Assembly (NCBI RefSeq): GCF_036321535.1
Contig: NC_087437.1
Location: forward strand, 37,140,001 to 37,204,000
DNA: 64,000 bases
DNA from: Camelus dromedarius
Taxonomy: Eukaryota
Reading direction: 5' to 3'
Shown: piece after piece, positions 50,888-64,000 of the stretch
Position numbering within the stretch: the first letter of the stretch is position 1
How the letters are laid out: each line of letters opens with the position of its first letter
Notes under the pieces: model-generated
What the model was told of the DNA's origin: nothing
What the model saw: the letters and a program-made list of their open reading frames with translations, nothing else
Database searches by the model: none
Position numbers and translations under genes: made by a program

Positions 50888-51923
50888 TACAAAGGTTAGC
50901 AGAATGTGCCACCCCAAAATATATCTCTTTGGCATAAGTATTATTTTGAGAAATTACAAAGAAGCAGCTTAAAAACATAGTAGAAGGTACCCTTTGGCAC
51001 CAGAAAAAGAGCTATTACCAGAGATAACTTTTTTGTTTTTTTTTTCAAAAATAATATTTGTGTTTTTCAATACAATTTTGAAAGGTTACTTTTTATCCAT
51101 TTACAGTTATTACAAAATATTGCTCTTTCCCCATGTTACTGTCCTTAAGCTTGTCTTATATCCAAAAGTTTGTACTTCTTACTCTCTCACCCCCCAACTG
51201 GAAACCACAAGTTTGTTCTCTCTGCCTATGACTTCTCTTCTTTTCTGTTATATTCACTAGTTTGTTCTATTTTTTAGATTCCACATATAAGTGATATATA
51301 CAGTATTTTTGTCTTTCTCTGCCTGGCTCATTTCACTTAGCATAAAGCCCTTCAAGTCCATCCATGTTGCTGCAAATGGAACAATTTCATTCTTTTTTAT
51401 GGCTGAGTAGTATTCCAGTGTGTGTGTGTGTGCTTTATCCAGTCATCTGCTGATGGACACTTAGGTTGCTTCCATAACTTGGCAATTGTAAACAATGCTG
51501 CTATGAACATTGGGGTGCATGCATCTTTTCAAATTAGTGTTTTGTTTTGTTTTGTTTTTTACAGATACATACCCAGAAGTGGAATTGCTGGGTCTTAGGG
51601 TAGTTATATTTTTAGTTTTAGGTGACTTTTTCACCTGAGAGAATTATCTGCATGTTTACAAACATTTCCTTTCCTCACCTTCTTGTGAATTGCCTTTCCT
51701 CTTTTGAATCCCTAGTCCCTTACCTACCCCTTTCCTTACCTCAGAATGGTATATAATCAATCCTCTGGCTGTCTTTTGAGCCTTATATTTTATATCTTTG
51801 TGGTGCTTCTGTATGTTCACAATTAAAATTGTTTCTTTTCTCCTGTTAGTCTGTCTTTTATTATAGGGGGTTCTCAGTCAAGAACCTAGAGAGGCAGAGG
51901 GAAATCATTTTTCCTCCCTTACA
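50888..51923 (+). mobile_element. ERV1 solo LTR (MER34-like) split by an L1 insertion
   Basis: tgtgccaccccaaaatatatctctttggcataag...agagctattaccagagataac [L1] ...tctcctgttagtctgtcttttattatagggg...ttttcctcccttaca. Confidence 0.75.
51033..51620 (-). mobile_element. 5'-truncated L1 nested in a MER34-like LTR
   Basis: T-rich tail, then ttagattccacatataagtgat...tccatccatgttgctgcaaatgg...acccagaagtggaattgctgggtc. Degenerate TSD gataacttttt (~51022) / ggtgacttttt (~51621). Confidence 0.85.
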
Positions 51924-53216
51924 CTTAGGGCAAAATACGATATATTCATTATTGAATCATCTAATAATAGCTATAAAGCTAGCAATAAACTTTTGCTACT
52001 GTAATTCAATTCCATTCATTAAGTCAGTGTTTAACACAGCACCCGAGGTATTGTGTATGACTTGGAAAAAAATTAAAACTAATGTAAAACCCGATTGCTA
52101 TGCTTAAGGATAATCTCATAATCAGTTGGAAAATTTTAGATATAGACACATTAAAATAAGAATTTCTGGAAAGATACTTAAATCTAATAAAAGCAGAAAA
52201 CAAGAATATAGAACAAATGACAGAAATTTCTATAATTAAACATTTTTATATGATATGTTGAATGATCCCAAATTTGTCAAATCTCATAATAAATGTTTCC
52301 ATTAAGCAGTATTATGTGTTAATCAATAAGTGACTCCAAAGTAGTGCACACTCAGCTCTATTCCATGCCTCACTGAAAACCTGTTTGAAATACAAAAATA
52401 AAAGAACATGAGGCAAGGAAGCAATGTTGTAAGTTTTGGGAAAATATTTACAGCTTAGCAGTGTATATTCATGTACAGTACTGAGAAAATACAAAATATT
52501 AAATTTTATATAAAATATAAAAAATATTACCACACATAAAAGTTTTCCAAATATTTTCCTTCTTTATATCCTGTCTGAGGCAGTTAACTAAAGGTTATCT
52601 CCAGAAAATCTGAGTTTCCCCTTTCTCTGCCAGAGTCACTATCATATGTTCCTCATTTCAAACACACCTCAACTGCAACAATATATTCTCCCCTGTTGAT
52701 CTGCTGAGCCTGTGATGGCAAATGGTTCAGATCCTCAAATGTAAGCTCAGATTCATGTTGAAATCACCACGTGGAATAAATAGAAATCATTTAAGTACTG
52801 ATGGCCTCATTTGTCTCAGCTTTCAAACAGATTAAATAGTTCACAAAAGATTCAATAATAATGATATTTAGCATTTTAAGCTATAATGTCTAGGGTCATT
52901 AGAAAGTCCCAGGGTGAAAGAAAAGAACTGAATTAAAAAATACCAAAGATTTTCTTGCTATGTTTTGTTTTTGTTCTGAACATTTATGCTATCTAGGCTG
53001 AAAAGAAATGGGGCAATGGGAGAATCCAAGGAGATTTTGTTATCCACTGTTATTTTTCAATATATTATTCTCTTACTGGAATTTTTTTTTTAAAAAGTCA
53101 CTTTTTTAAAATATCTGTTAGTTCAAGAATATACATGGAGAAGAAATCATATTTATACAAATTATGTGAGACAAAGCTAAGTGCAGATGTGAAAAGTTTT
53201 TTCCCCATAATGAATT

Positions 53217-53241
53217 ACACACACACACACACACACACACA
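53217..53241. repeat. (CA)n microsatellite
   Basis: Direct reading. Confidence 0.9.
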
Positions 53242-53414
53242 AACATGTCTCAAGAGCTTTCCAATACCCATTGTGAACATTTTCCATTACAAACAATTCA
53301 GCCTCTAGTAAAAGACAAGGAGAACTGAAATATTCAATGGATGTTATTTTTTAGACTGGATTATTAAGAATTTACCTTGAGCCAAAGTTGTTATTTAAAA
53401 GTTTTAAAAACCAT

Positions 53415-53620
53415 AGAACTGTACAACACAAAGAATGAGTCCTAATATAAAGTTTAAATTTTAGTGAATAATAATGTATCATTATTTGTTCATCAATTGT
53501 ACATGTGTAACACACTAACGCAGATATAAAGTAGGAAACTGTGCAGGGAGGAGACTGGGTATATGGGACCTCTTTGTACTTTCTGCTTGATTTTTCTGTA
53601 AACCAAAAATTCATCTTAAA
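53415..53620 (+). mobile_element. Old L1 (L1MC/MD-like) 3' end
   Basis: agaactgtacaacacaaagaatgagtcctaat...ggtatatgggacctctttgtacttt...ctgtaaaccaaaaatt. Confidence 0.7.
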
Positions 53621-55750
53621 AATTTAATTAATTTAAACAATGTTGAGAAATAACTTTACAAAATAATCACATTAGTAATTAGCTTTGGCTTTATCTAATT
53701 TTTTGATATTAACCCTACCTCTTCTAAGCCACTTAAATCATTGTAAACAAATGTTTCATTTCAGAGTTAGGGGAAAGGGTACCCGGACTAGGTAAACAGT
53801 TTCCTAAGGTTGTACAGCTTCCAAGTAATAGAAGGAGAAAGGAATTGAACCTAGTTTTACTTGCTTTGTTTGACATAAAGATGCTTAATTATTTACTATT
53901 AAAATAGTTTAAGGAAATATAAAATACCTCCATACTCAAATGGAGTCCAATCATAGACTCCTACTTGGGGTGGGAATATACAGAAAGAGCGAGAATAGGC
54001 ATTTCATAATAGAGAATTAATAGTTCCTTACCTGATTTTAATTACACTTATCTCGTTTGTCTTCTCTCCAACCTACTACTAACATTAGGCCACTAGATCT
54101 TTGTACCAAAGCCATAATGTTCACTACTGAGTTGGATAATCTTACATTTTTTTCTGCAAATAATGTAAACCATTTAAGTAGTTGAGCCAAAGGAGAACTG
54201 AATATAAAAATGCATATGTTCTTCTCAGACCTCTAGCTCTCCAGTGTAGGCAGATTCTAGGAAGAGACTGGAATTAGGAACTGTAAATCCTCTCAGATCA
54301 TCGGCCTTCTCTGTCCCTCTCTGTAATTAATAGAGGAATATGATTATCCCATGGCTCCTTCGTTTTTTGTTGTTTGTTTCCTGTTTACATTCCCATGTCT
54401 CCATTAAGCACAAACTCAATCTAAAATTTTTAATTAAACAGTTCAGAGAGAGTAATTCTAACTGGCCTAGTTTAAGTAAGAAGTGTAACCCCAAATCCAT
54501 TAGTCATGCTCAGGGCTGGGGGTGAGGAGTGGTGGGTAGTAAGATACCAACATGGCTTATGAGGAGCCACCCTTGAGGATCAGGGTACAGTTTCCTAAAA
54601 AGGAATTATCAACACTGGTTTGGACCAGTGTCTACTATCTGTCATTTTACTAGGTGACATTGATATAATGATAAATTAAATTTCACTTCTAGATTTTAAG
54701 GAAGTTAATATCTGATATACGTCACTAAAATATCATGTAGTTAGGCCATATATACATAGGGTTTCTCTGCTGGGAAATCTTTGATATTTTCAAATTTTCT
54801 AATAGTTTTAACCTTTGAATACTTCAAAGTATTCAGTCTCTAGTTCACCTTTGCAATCTCTTTTCCAAGCAGAAACAATATAGTTCACAGTAAATGACTG
54901 TATTTGATAATTTAATTATATATTCCCTTTATGTTGATTTCACTCGACTTTATAAACCAATTGAAGACTAGTAACTGTGACCTGTAATACTTTTGTAACA
55001 CTCAAATAGCACATCCTTAGCTATTCAGTGTGTGTGTGTGTCTGTGTGTGTGCACATTTGTGTGTAAAATGAACAGATGTGAGGACAAATTTACCTACTG
55101 TCTATTAACATGGTAACTTCAACTATTAGCAATACATTTATATTGTTAAATGCTAACATATGGATTTTGCTTTCAGTTTCTAGCCTGGTAGGAATTAAAG
55201 TCAGTCCTTTTTCATTCTGTGTTAAATAAGGAACTGGAAAGAATCTTTTATGGCTTATTGTTGTGTGTTTAAGTTGATAAAAAAATATAACCGACTGAAT
55301 TGGTTTACTAGAATATTTGTAAAGAATTCATTGCTTTAGCTTGTATATTAAAAGGAATAACCTCCTCATCAGTTGATGAGCAGAAAGGTAATTAACCATT
55401 TATTATATAAAATATGGAAAAGTTTGCCAAATATGAGTAGAATATTGCCTATAAAATATTATCAAATGGGTTTTATTTTGTTTTATTTCAAGAATACAGT
55501 CTGTCTCTCCCCTTTCCCAAATAATTTGTTGCTGATTAAAATTATTTAGTATATCAAAGCAATTGTTTTTAATATAGTTTAGTAGTAATCCCTGTACTTG
55601 CAATACATGTAAGCTTGCTGTTCACATGTAGAGAAAGCAGCAATAGAGAATTATAAAAATAAAAACATTCATTTCTACGATTAACTTGCAGATTTTTTCA
55701 GTGAGTTGCATTGTATTGACTATTGCAGTTTACTTATTATTAAAAATTGA

Positions 55751-56610
55751 CTAATTATCAGAGAAATGCAAATCAAAACTACAGTGAGGTATCACCTCAC
55801 ACCAGTCAGAATGGCCATCATTCAAAAGTCCACAAATGACAAATGCTGGAGAGGCTGTGGAGAAAAGGGAACCCTCCTACACTGCTGGTGGGAATGCAGT
55901 TTGGTGCAGCCACTGTGGAAAACAGTATGGAGATTCCTCAAAAGACTAGGAATAGACTTACCATATGACCCAGGAATCCTGCTCCTGGGCATATATCCAG
56001 AAGGAACCCTACTTCAAAAAGACACCTGCACCCTAATGTTCATAGCAGCACTATTTACAATAGCCAAGACATGGAAACAGCCTAAATGTCCATCAACAGA
56101 TGACTGGATAAAGAAGATGTGGTAGAGTTATACAATGGAATACTACTCAGCCATAAAAAACAGCATAACACCATTTGCAGCAACATGGATGTCCCTGGAG
56201 AATGTCATTCTAAGTGAAGTAAGCCAGAAAGAAAAAGAAAAATACCAAATGAGATGGCTAATATGTAGAATCTAAAAAAAAACACAACCCCCCTCCAAAA
56301 CATAAATACAAAACAGAAACAAGACTCATAGACATAGAATACAAACTTGTGGTTGCCAAGGGGGAGAGGGGTGGGAAGGGACAGACTGGGAGTTCAAAAT
56401 TTGTATATACTGACAGGCATATGCAGAATAGATAAACAAGATTATACTGTATAGCACAGGGAAATATATACAACATCTTGTGGTAGCTCACAGTGAAAAA
56501 AAATGCGACAATGAATATATGTATGTTCATGTATAACTAAAAAATTATGCCCTACACTGGAATTTGACACAACATTGTAAAATGACTATAACTCAATAAA
56601 AAGTGTTTAA
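55751..56610 (+). mobile_element. Young 5'-truncated lineage-specific (camelid-type) L1 with an intact ORF2 C-terminus
   Basis: ORF 55766-56125 [19 protein letters not shown]...[20 protein letters not shown]...WIKKMW is the L1 ORF2 C-terminal Cys-rich region. Complete 3' UTR. TSD aaaaattga at 55742-55750 and 56611-56619, with a TT|AAAA-type target. Confidence 0.95.
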
Positions 56611-57176
56611 AAAAATTGATAACTCCCTACTTGTATTATTTAAGTCTTTTCTATGAAGAAAGTTTTAATATATTCAATTAAAATGATTTCTGCTGTATTT
56701 CTTATAGTTGTGCTTGATCTCATCTGAAAAAGGTGAAAGTGTGGCATGCTAACGGCATTGCATTGCTTTAATATGACGTTCATGCTTTGGCAAACCATTT
56801 TATTTATACTTCACAAACTCATAAGGCAATTTTTGTCACTAAAGAAATGAGCTCTTCAGTCATGTTACTTGGTGATTAGGACATGAATTGTATCAAGCAG
56901 GATGGATTCCATTCAAGATAGTTAGAAATGAGAGAAGTTTAATGGTGCTATGGGCAAAATATTTTGGGGTTTTACTTTCTAGCCAGATAGGCAGAACCAT
57001 TTGATTGATTCTATAAATTATCAAATGTACATAGAAAGTTAATCAGTTACTGAAAATAATGCAATGCCAGTATATCTTGTTGTTAATAACAAATCATTGG
57101 TAATAGTCATATTAAATGCTTGTTCTCCCATAAAAAAAAATACTTACTTTTTCCCTTCTTTATTCCCTGTGCACGT

Positions 57177-57178
<2 letters not shown>

Positions 57179-57209
<31 letters not shown>

Positions 57210-57307
57210 TATCCAATAGCAACCATGAAACATCCTTGAGTAAGAATATATCTAACTCCATAGATAGGTAGGTAGACAGATAAATCCTATATATTCCATT
57301 ATGTTCC

Positions 57308-57339
<32 letters not shown>
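57179..57339. repeat. Two (CA)n microsatellites (57179-57207 and 57311-57339)
   Basis: Direct reading. Confidence 0.9.
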
Positions 57340-57342
<3 letters not shown>

Positions 57343-59729
57343 TGCATTTTCCTCTGGATTATCCATCCACACTAGAAGTTAAACTCTACCATTTAAGTAA
57401 ATTGTAACATGCTAGCCATCACTATTAAGTTTATTTTCGAAAATGAGTTTCTCTGCTGCTCCTAGCAAAAATGCATCTCCTAGCAAAGAAAATATTAGAA
57501 AGATGGGGAACCTTCAGTTTACTTAAATTATAATTTTTTTTTCATTTTTCAATATGTGCCTTCCAATTTCCATGTATTGGAAATCCTATTTGCTGCTCCT
57601 TCAGAAATCCTTAACACATGTTTCTCCTAGTGGCACTTCTATTTATGGATGATAGTCTAAGAACATCACAAAGCAACACAGAAAAAATGCTTAATATAAG
57701 ATGTATGCAGTGAAACCAATGCGAAAGTAGCAATAAGATATACATTTGCCTATCTATCTATATATATAGAAAGGCAAGTTATTTTTAGAATAGATGCAAA
57801 GCTAAAAAAATAAACCTTTCTTTTCATATTGTGAGAGTTTCTCAAGAATGTTATTATATAGAAACTGCTCTGTATTTTTCTAAGAAGAGGAAACTGGAAC
57901 ATTATTTTTACTGAACTGAATAGAAATATTTTATTAACCCTTTCTTGCTAGGTGGGAAAAATATTTCCTTAGATGGATTTTTCTTATCTCAGTAACATTT
58001 TTAATTTTGGCATATATTTGTATTTTTAGTATATGGAGTACAAAATCATTACCTCAGAATTCTTTCAGTTACTCTGTATATTTTTATTAAAGATAGTTGA
58101 AAAACATATGTTTTTAAGGAATAATATATGTTTAATCTATAAACTATTAGTATATGCCTCAATATATATGCTATTTTATCATCTCTGTTGAGGTACTCAT
58201 GGGATAGTTATTGAAAATTGTCTCTTGATATAATGATAATTTTTTCCCTAAGAGAAATGGAATTATAAGCAATGAAAAATAGCAATTTAGAGTATTACAC
58301 TAATGCACAATGCACAATTATTTCATAATCAAAGAAAACTGAAATTATAGAAGTTTCAGCATACAAGTAGATTCCATGCAAATGAAAAATTGACTATAAG
58401 CTAAGTATGACCTTAAATCAGGGGAAAAATGACCTTTCTAATCCTGAGCTACAGGTTGTGACATGAAATACGGCCTCCATGTGTATTTCTGCTTTGGAGT
58501 AATTTTGCACTTCACCCTTTTGACCTGTGAAAGTACCAGTAAACTACCCACTAGAGCTTTTTGCACTGTCTACACAGAGAATAAAAACTCCCCTGTGGAT
58601 ACTATTGAGTTCTCTTTTGCCTGGGTGCAAAACTCTGCAGCATGATAAAAGCTAGCAGTGAAAATTGGAGCATTTTGGAGCTTTGACATGCTTATTTATT
58701 TAATACTTTGTAGTTACTTGTGGTATAAACTTTGATTAAGTGCAGTCTAGAGAAGTCTTATAACCCATAATGATTAACAATTAGGTATGCCCACACAACC
58801 CACTCATAGATCTGAATAAAATGTTGACAGTTTCTGCCAACCATATCATTAAAGTCAATAATAGCCCATCATTCATGCTTACCTGACAGGATTATTATAG
58901 TATTGCTATTAATATATAGCAATTACTTGGTATATATCTTTACAGAAGGCTATCAATCAATGAATTTTAATGTAATACACACACTTTATAGATAAACTTC
59001 AACAACAAAATGAAGCTGCTTCAAGTAAAACAGAGATATAATCATTTCATATGTACTCTTCTTCAGGGAATTCTTTATAGACAAAGCCAGAAAACTTATC
59101 TTTATTGCAAATTCCATGTACCATTAATTGAAGCACTTTTTGAAATTGGTACTCCTGAAATAGCAAGAAGGAAGGCTCAAAGAAGTTAAAGTGATGAAAT
59201 TAACAGGCCCAGTTAAGAGTTTTAACCTTAACAGAGGTAGAAATCCTGCTTCAAGTCCTGTGGCACTTCCACTACATTAGCCACCTCTGAGAATACAGCC
59301 ACATTCTTGGCAGTGGAGTTGCCCTTTCAGCAATTGTGTTCTTGGGGTTGATTCACCTCAGTGACAGGTGACAGCAGCATTCACGGGCAACCTCTTGCTG
59401 GGTGCGCAAAAGCAGGGAAGACAATCAAGAGCGCTCTAAGGACACAGGGAAGGACACATAGGAGCGATGGAGCACAGATGCTTCTGAAGTGTCCTTACCA
59501 TTTGTAATCTGTATAATATAGAAATAATGTAAGTGCTGGGAGCCTTTCCTGATATGCACACCCATATTTAAAGTTCAATTTAAATAAAACATTACAAATA
59601 TTCTGATTCAAATTCTTCCTATTGTATAAAATGTGAATAAATTTATATGAGGTAACTTTAATACCAGACTCTTGTCTAACAATTATCTACAATTTGTAAA
59701 TTTGAGCTATAAAATTGTTAAGTATAATA

Positions 59730-59950
59730 TCTACTGAGTGTTTACTATAATCCAGGAAAAGTTCTAAGTGCTTGACATGCATTTGCTCATTGAATCATTA
59801 TGGTATACACTGAGGTCATTACAATGACTGCACCTATTTATTAATGAGGAAACTGAGAAATGGTGAGGTTGTTATCATTTCCCAAAACATATACCTCAGA
59901 ATCACCTAGCTCCAACTACAAACAAGCATTTCTCTGAATTCAGAGCCCTG
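59730..59950 (-). mobile_element. MIR SINE
   Basis: tctactgagtgtttactataatccagg...gttctaagtgcttgacatgc...aatgaggaaactgag. Confidence 0.75.
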
Positions 59951-60854
59951 TTTTTAATTTTCATGTTACTGCTTTTACAAATTATATATATGCATATTTT
60001 TTCACCATAACATGGTTATTTTATACTCTGGGGCCAAGCTGGCAAGATTTAAACTAAATTGCAACATTATGACTTAATAATCTGTGTATCATGAAATAAT
60101 GAGATAAATTATTTAACCTCTATGTTTATCTTTTCTATAAAACAAGGCTTATTTTTATAAGCTTTATAATAATAGAGCTTAATGCATAGGATTATTGTGT
60201 GGAGTAAATAAATCAATATATGTGAAGTGCTTAAAAGGTGTGTGTATAGGTATAAGGTATTACTTATATGTATATATTTATAACAAACACTATTTTATGT
60301 GTACCTATTTGTATATTTATAGATAACATAGATATATGGACTTATAATATGATGAAGCTAAATTAATATCATCTGTGTTTTCACATCTACCATATTTTTT
60401 AGGTTAGGCTTAAATTTTCTCTCTCCTTTCGTGTTTATAGTTTAGGAAACATTCTTTGGTATATCTATGAGGAAAAATCCTGATATCTCTGACTCGAATG
60501 TTCTTGTTATTGCTAAGGAATGGTAGAAAATGTGTGTTGTCATTAAATTTCACTGGACAGTGAGCAAATCAAATATCCGCAGTTTGCCAAAACTAAACCT
60601 TCGGAGGTTTATCAGATTGATTTGGTTCTCCTATATCACTTCTAAAAGGGAAATATGAGAGTTTGCATTGTCATTCAGGACAATGAATTACCTTCTGTGT
60701 CATCATGATACAATAAAATAATTAGTGGAATTATAGCTTCTATAACTCCTAGATAAACCAAAAGAATCACTGTACAGTGATAGTTCTCATCTTCTTCCCC
60801 ATCCTCAAAATCAAGCCATGAGAAAGACATACCTCAGATCACATGTTCACTGCT

Positions 60855-62137
60855 CTGTTTGGGAGGTCCTCATGACCACCTTCTGGCTCAATGACTCATT
60901 TAAAGAACTCACAGAATTCAGAAAAGCCATCACATTCAAAATTACATTTTATTAAAAATGTATAAGATAATACAGTTTAAAATCATCAAAGGGAAGAATA
61001 CATAAGGCAGGGTCCAGGAAGACCAGGTGTGGATTTATCTGTTGTCCTTCCCAGTGGAGTGTGCAGACAGACAGTACTTACTCCTTTGAGCCCCATATTT
61101 GGCAATGTGAAATGAGCATTGCCCATCAGGGAAACTCACTTGAGTTTTGGGGTCCAGGATTTTTATTAGGAGTTGGTCACTTAGACATGGTTGACTGCCC
61201 ATGTGGCCAGTCTATGTATTGCAAGGAATATGTACCCTAAAGAGAGGTTTTGCCTTTGTTTGGGTTTCTAGGAAGTAACCTCTAAAACTCTTGTAATTTC
61301 CTGAGTGCTAAGAGTGTCATTGTTACTCATGGTGGGCCCTTTAGATCACATCTAATAGTTTATGGGAAAAAGATGAGTCAGGGTGGGGGCTGACCAGGGA
61401 AGAAAGACCAATCATGTGATTAGAGGGCTGAGGCTTTGGGTCTTGTGACATCTATCTCACCTGGGGAAGGTGTTGGAGTGGGCTTTAGATTAAGTTCAGT
61501 CACTTGAGCAAATCAAACAATTATATCTATGTATTAACTCTCAATAAACAAACTCGATACTAAAGCTTGGGTAAGCTTTCTGAGTTGTCAATAATCCATG
61601 CGTATTGCCACACATTAATTCTAGATGGTGCTGCATCCTAGAGAAGGGTGGAAACTGCATTTGTAACCCTCAGAGGAGATTTCTCCATTTTCGTCTCTTC
61701 CTTTGATTATTTCTACTTTGTATCTTTTCCCTGTAATAAATGTGACCATGAGTATAACAGTTTTCAGTGAGTTCTGTGAAGCTAGCAAAGTATTGGATCC
61801 AAAGATGGTTCTGAGAAAGCCCTAAACTTACAATTTGGGTCAGAAGACTTGGGCAGACTAGACAGTCTTGAAAACTATGCCCTTAATTTCAATTTTGGCT
61901 AAACTCCTTTGTATTGTAGTTCTCCAGCCTCTCAAGAGGTCAAGTTGATACCACATGGTCCAAGGCCTCCACCATTAATCACAAGGGCATCCGGGACTCT
62001 CTGGCACATTCCAAGGTCTTCTGGTAAACAAAGACACTCTTAGTAGGCAGGAGATTAAAAAGGCTTAAAAGTTACCTCCCAGGATCTGGTCAAGGATCCA
62101 ACCTTTCTTTAAGTAAGGATAATCTTTTACTGCACAC
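60855..62137 (-). mobile_element. ERVL-class LTR (MER77/MER21-family) split by a nested LTR
   Basis: Left half gtcctcatgaccacc...aagaactcacagaattcag...gggaaactcacttgag...ggttgactgcccatgtggcc continues after ~61915 with ctccagcctctcaagaggtcaagttgatacc...aaacaaagacactctta...cttttactgcaca. Confidence 0.65.
61219..61910 (+). mobile_element. MER21C-like LTR nested in the opposite orientation
   Basis: aagtaacctctaaaactctt...agaaagaccaatcatgtgattagaggg...gtaataaatgtgaccatgagtataacagttttcagtgagttctgtga. Flanked by repeated tgtattg. Confidence 0.7.
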
Positions 62138-62195
62138 CCAACCATTAACATTTTAAAATGTAATTGCTTCTCCCTTTCCTAGTGAAAGAGAGTCC

Positions 62196-62569
62196 TGGGG
62201 TACTGAATTGTGTCCCCTTCAAAATTCGTATGTTGAAGGCCTAATCCCAAATGTCACTGTATTTGGAGATAGAGGTAATTAGGATTAAATAAAGTAGAAA
62301 GGGTGGGCCCTAATTCCATATGACTGATGTCATTATAAGAAGAGAAAGAGACACCAGAGATGAATGAAAAGGCCATGAGAAAAGGCCATGTCTGGATACA
62401 GGAAGAAGGTGGACATCTTCAAGCCAAGGAAAGAAGCCTTAGGAGAAATTAACCCTGCTGGTAACTTTCCCTGAGCGTTCAGCACCCAGAACTTACAGAC
62501 AAGAAGTGCCTGCTGTTTAACCACCCAGTCTGTGGTATTTTGTTATGGCAACTCTAGGAATCTAACTAC
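62196..62569 (+). mobile_element. MaLR solo LTR (MLT1B-like)
   Basis: actgaattgtgtccccttcaaaattcgtatgttgaaggcctaatccc...tgtttaaccacccagtctgtggtattttgttatggcaactctagg. Confidence 0.9.
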
Positions 62570-64000
62570 CCAAACCCAAAAAAAACTCTGAAAGAAAAAA
62601 TATGAAATATTGCTCATCTTTTTAGGAAATACAATTAAAGTAATCTATAACTCATATCAGAAAAAATAGGTGCAAGCATTATAGTTACATAAACATGCTA
62701 AAATGAATACAATATTTCTACCTACTTACAGGTCAAGATTCACTATAGGAATCAATGCTACCTAGTCCCAGTACTGGTATATTTTAAAAGAATTCCTTTA
62801 CTCTTTACCCATGTTTAAGTGAAGTAAACTTGGGTGCCATAAAATTGAAATACTCTTTATGGAAAAGGTCATTACATTTTTGTTATATTATATATACATA
62901 TTTCATTTTTTTACATATGCTTTGATTTATTATAATAGCAACTATCATGTTTTCTTTTTTCTACTTTTTTAATTGCTAGCAAAACATTTAAATTTCTATA
63001 CTTGCATCCCTGAATTCTTACTGAGAAGTAGTCATGTTTTCTGCACAGAGTATAATATATGCCAATATTTTGCTTTAGGTTAGAATTTGATCTAAACCGC
63101 CAGGATTAGTGGTTTCTCTTTATTTAAGTGGCTCCATTTCCCTTACTTTGAAATTTTATAACATGATGAACCAAATTTGTTCTTGTTAGGTATAAAAATC
63201 ACCAAATTTTAATGATAACAGAAAATGTGAAAATTCTGACATAAAGTGTACACCTGTTCTGTAGGAGCTGTGGGCCTTTTAGATGCACTATCTCATTTTA
63301 ACTTCATGGCCAATTTTGTTCTCCGTGAATGTTACAATTGCAAAGCTATCAGGGTAAGGGAGGGAGTTCAACATAGAAATAAAAACAAATGGAATCACTT
63401 TTCAGGTGTGTGCTTTCAAAGTTGCTTTTCTTCTTAAAATATTCTAATAACTAATATTCTTTACTATATCCAAGAATTTCAAGCTGGTTGTTAGGTTCAA
63501 ATAAGCATAACTGTGAAATGTTTGTTACAACTCCCTTTTCCAATGTCAGTAAATCCTTTACTTGCAATGTTTTGCTTGTTGTTTCTTCCTCACTGTGTCT
63601 CATTTGCAAGAGATAATACTGAGATTTCAGGCAATACTGTGATGTTTTAACTGGCTGTGTGTCTTCTTTTTTTATGTGAATCAAATAGGAACTCTGTTCC
63701 TACACGTGCTGTCCTTTAATTAAACCAGCTGTAAACTAATCCCTGGATTCTATAAGGCATCTTGTCTATACATGCAGAATTAACTGAGCACAGCACGGGT
63801 GATGTCTTTATTCTAACTGTCTTAAAAATCCATGAGTGCTGCATCAAGGACAATTTGACAGCAGTGATTTGTATCCTTTGTGATGGCAGCTGCGATGAGG
63901 TAGGAACTGCATTTCTCCTCACATTTCAGAGGCAGCACAGGGGTGTCCTAGAGGCTTGGAAAAGTAAATGTACCTGTTTGGAAGCCTAAATTATATACTA

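Noticed and set aside
1..64000. Prokaryotic-type systems (CRISPR arrays, operons), rRNA or tRNA genes
   Set aside because: The sequence is mammalian, and no repeat-spacer arrays or structural RNA genes were recognised.

Overview
AT-rich eutherian genomic DNA, either gene desert or deep intron. It is most likely camelid, judged from the lineage-specific L1 3' UTRs and the absence of Alu, Bov-A/BovB, PRE-1 and Can-SINEs. I found no intact protein-coding gene. Much of the window is recognisable repeat: L1, L2, MIR, MaLR/ERVL/ERV1 solo LTRs, MER20, MER58A, MER3 and Tigger1. The standout is a GC-rich composite island of about 2.65 kb (~2770-5420) that interrupts an old L2 relic. In order it contains: an L1 ORF2 scrap; an intron-retaining, disabled CD68 fragment (end of intron 1, exon 2, intron 2, exon 3, start of intron 3); ~1.1 kb of unidentified GC-rich gene-like sequence; a CpG-rich housekeeping-type promoter/first exon on the minus strand (NRF1/ETS/YY1 motifs, consensus splice donor, plausible acceptor); and a ~30 bp L1 3' tail. 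The promoter would transcribe antisense through the CD68 fragment. Repeat family names come from recalled consensus sequences, not from a search, and most repeat boundaries are approximate.
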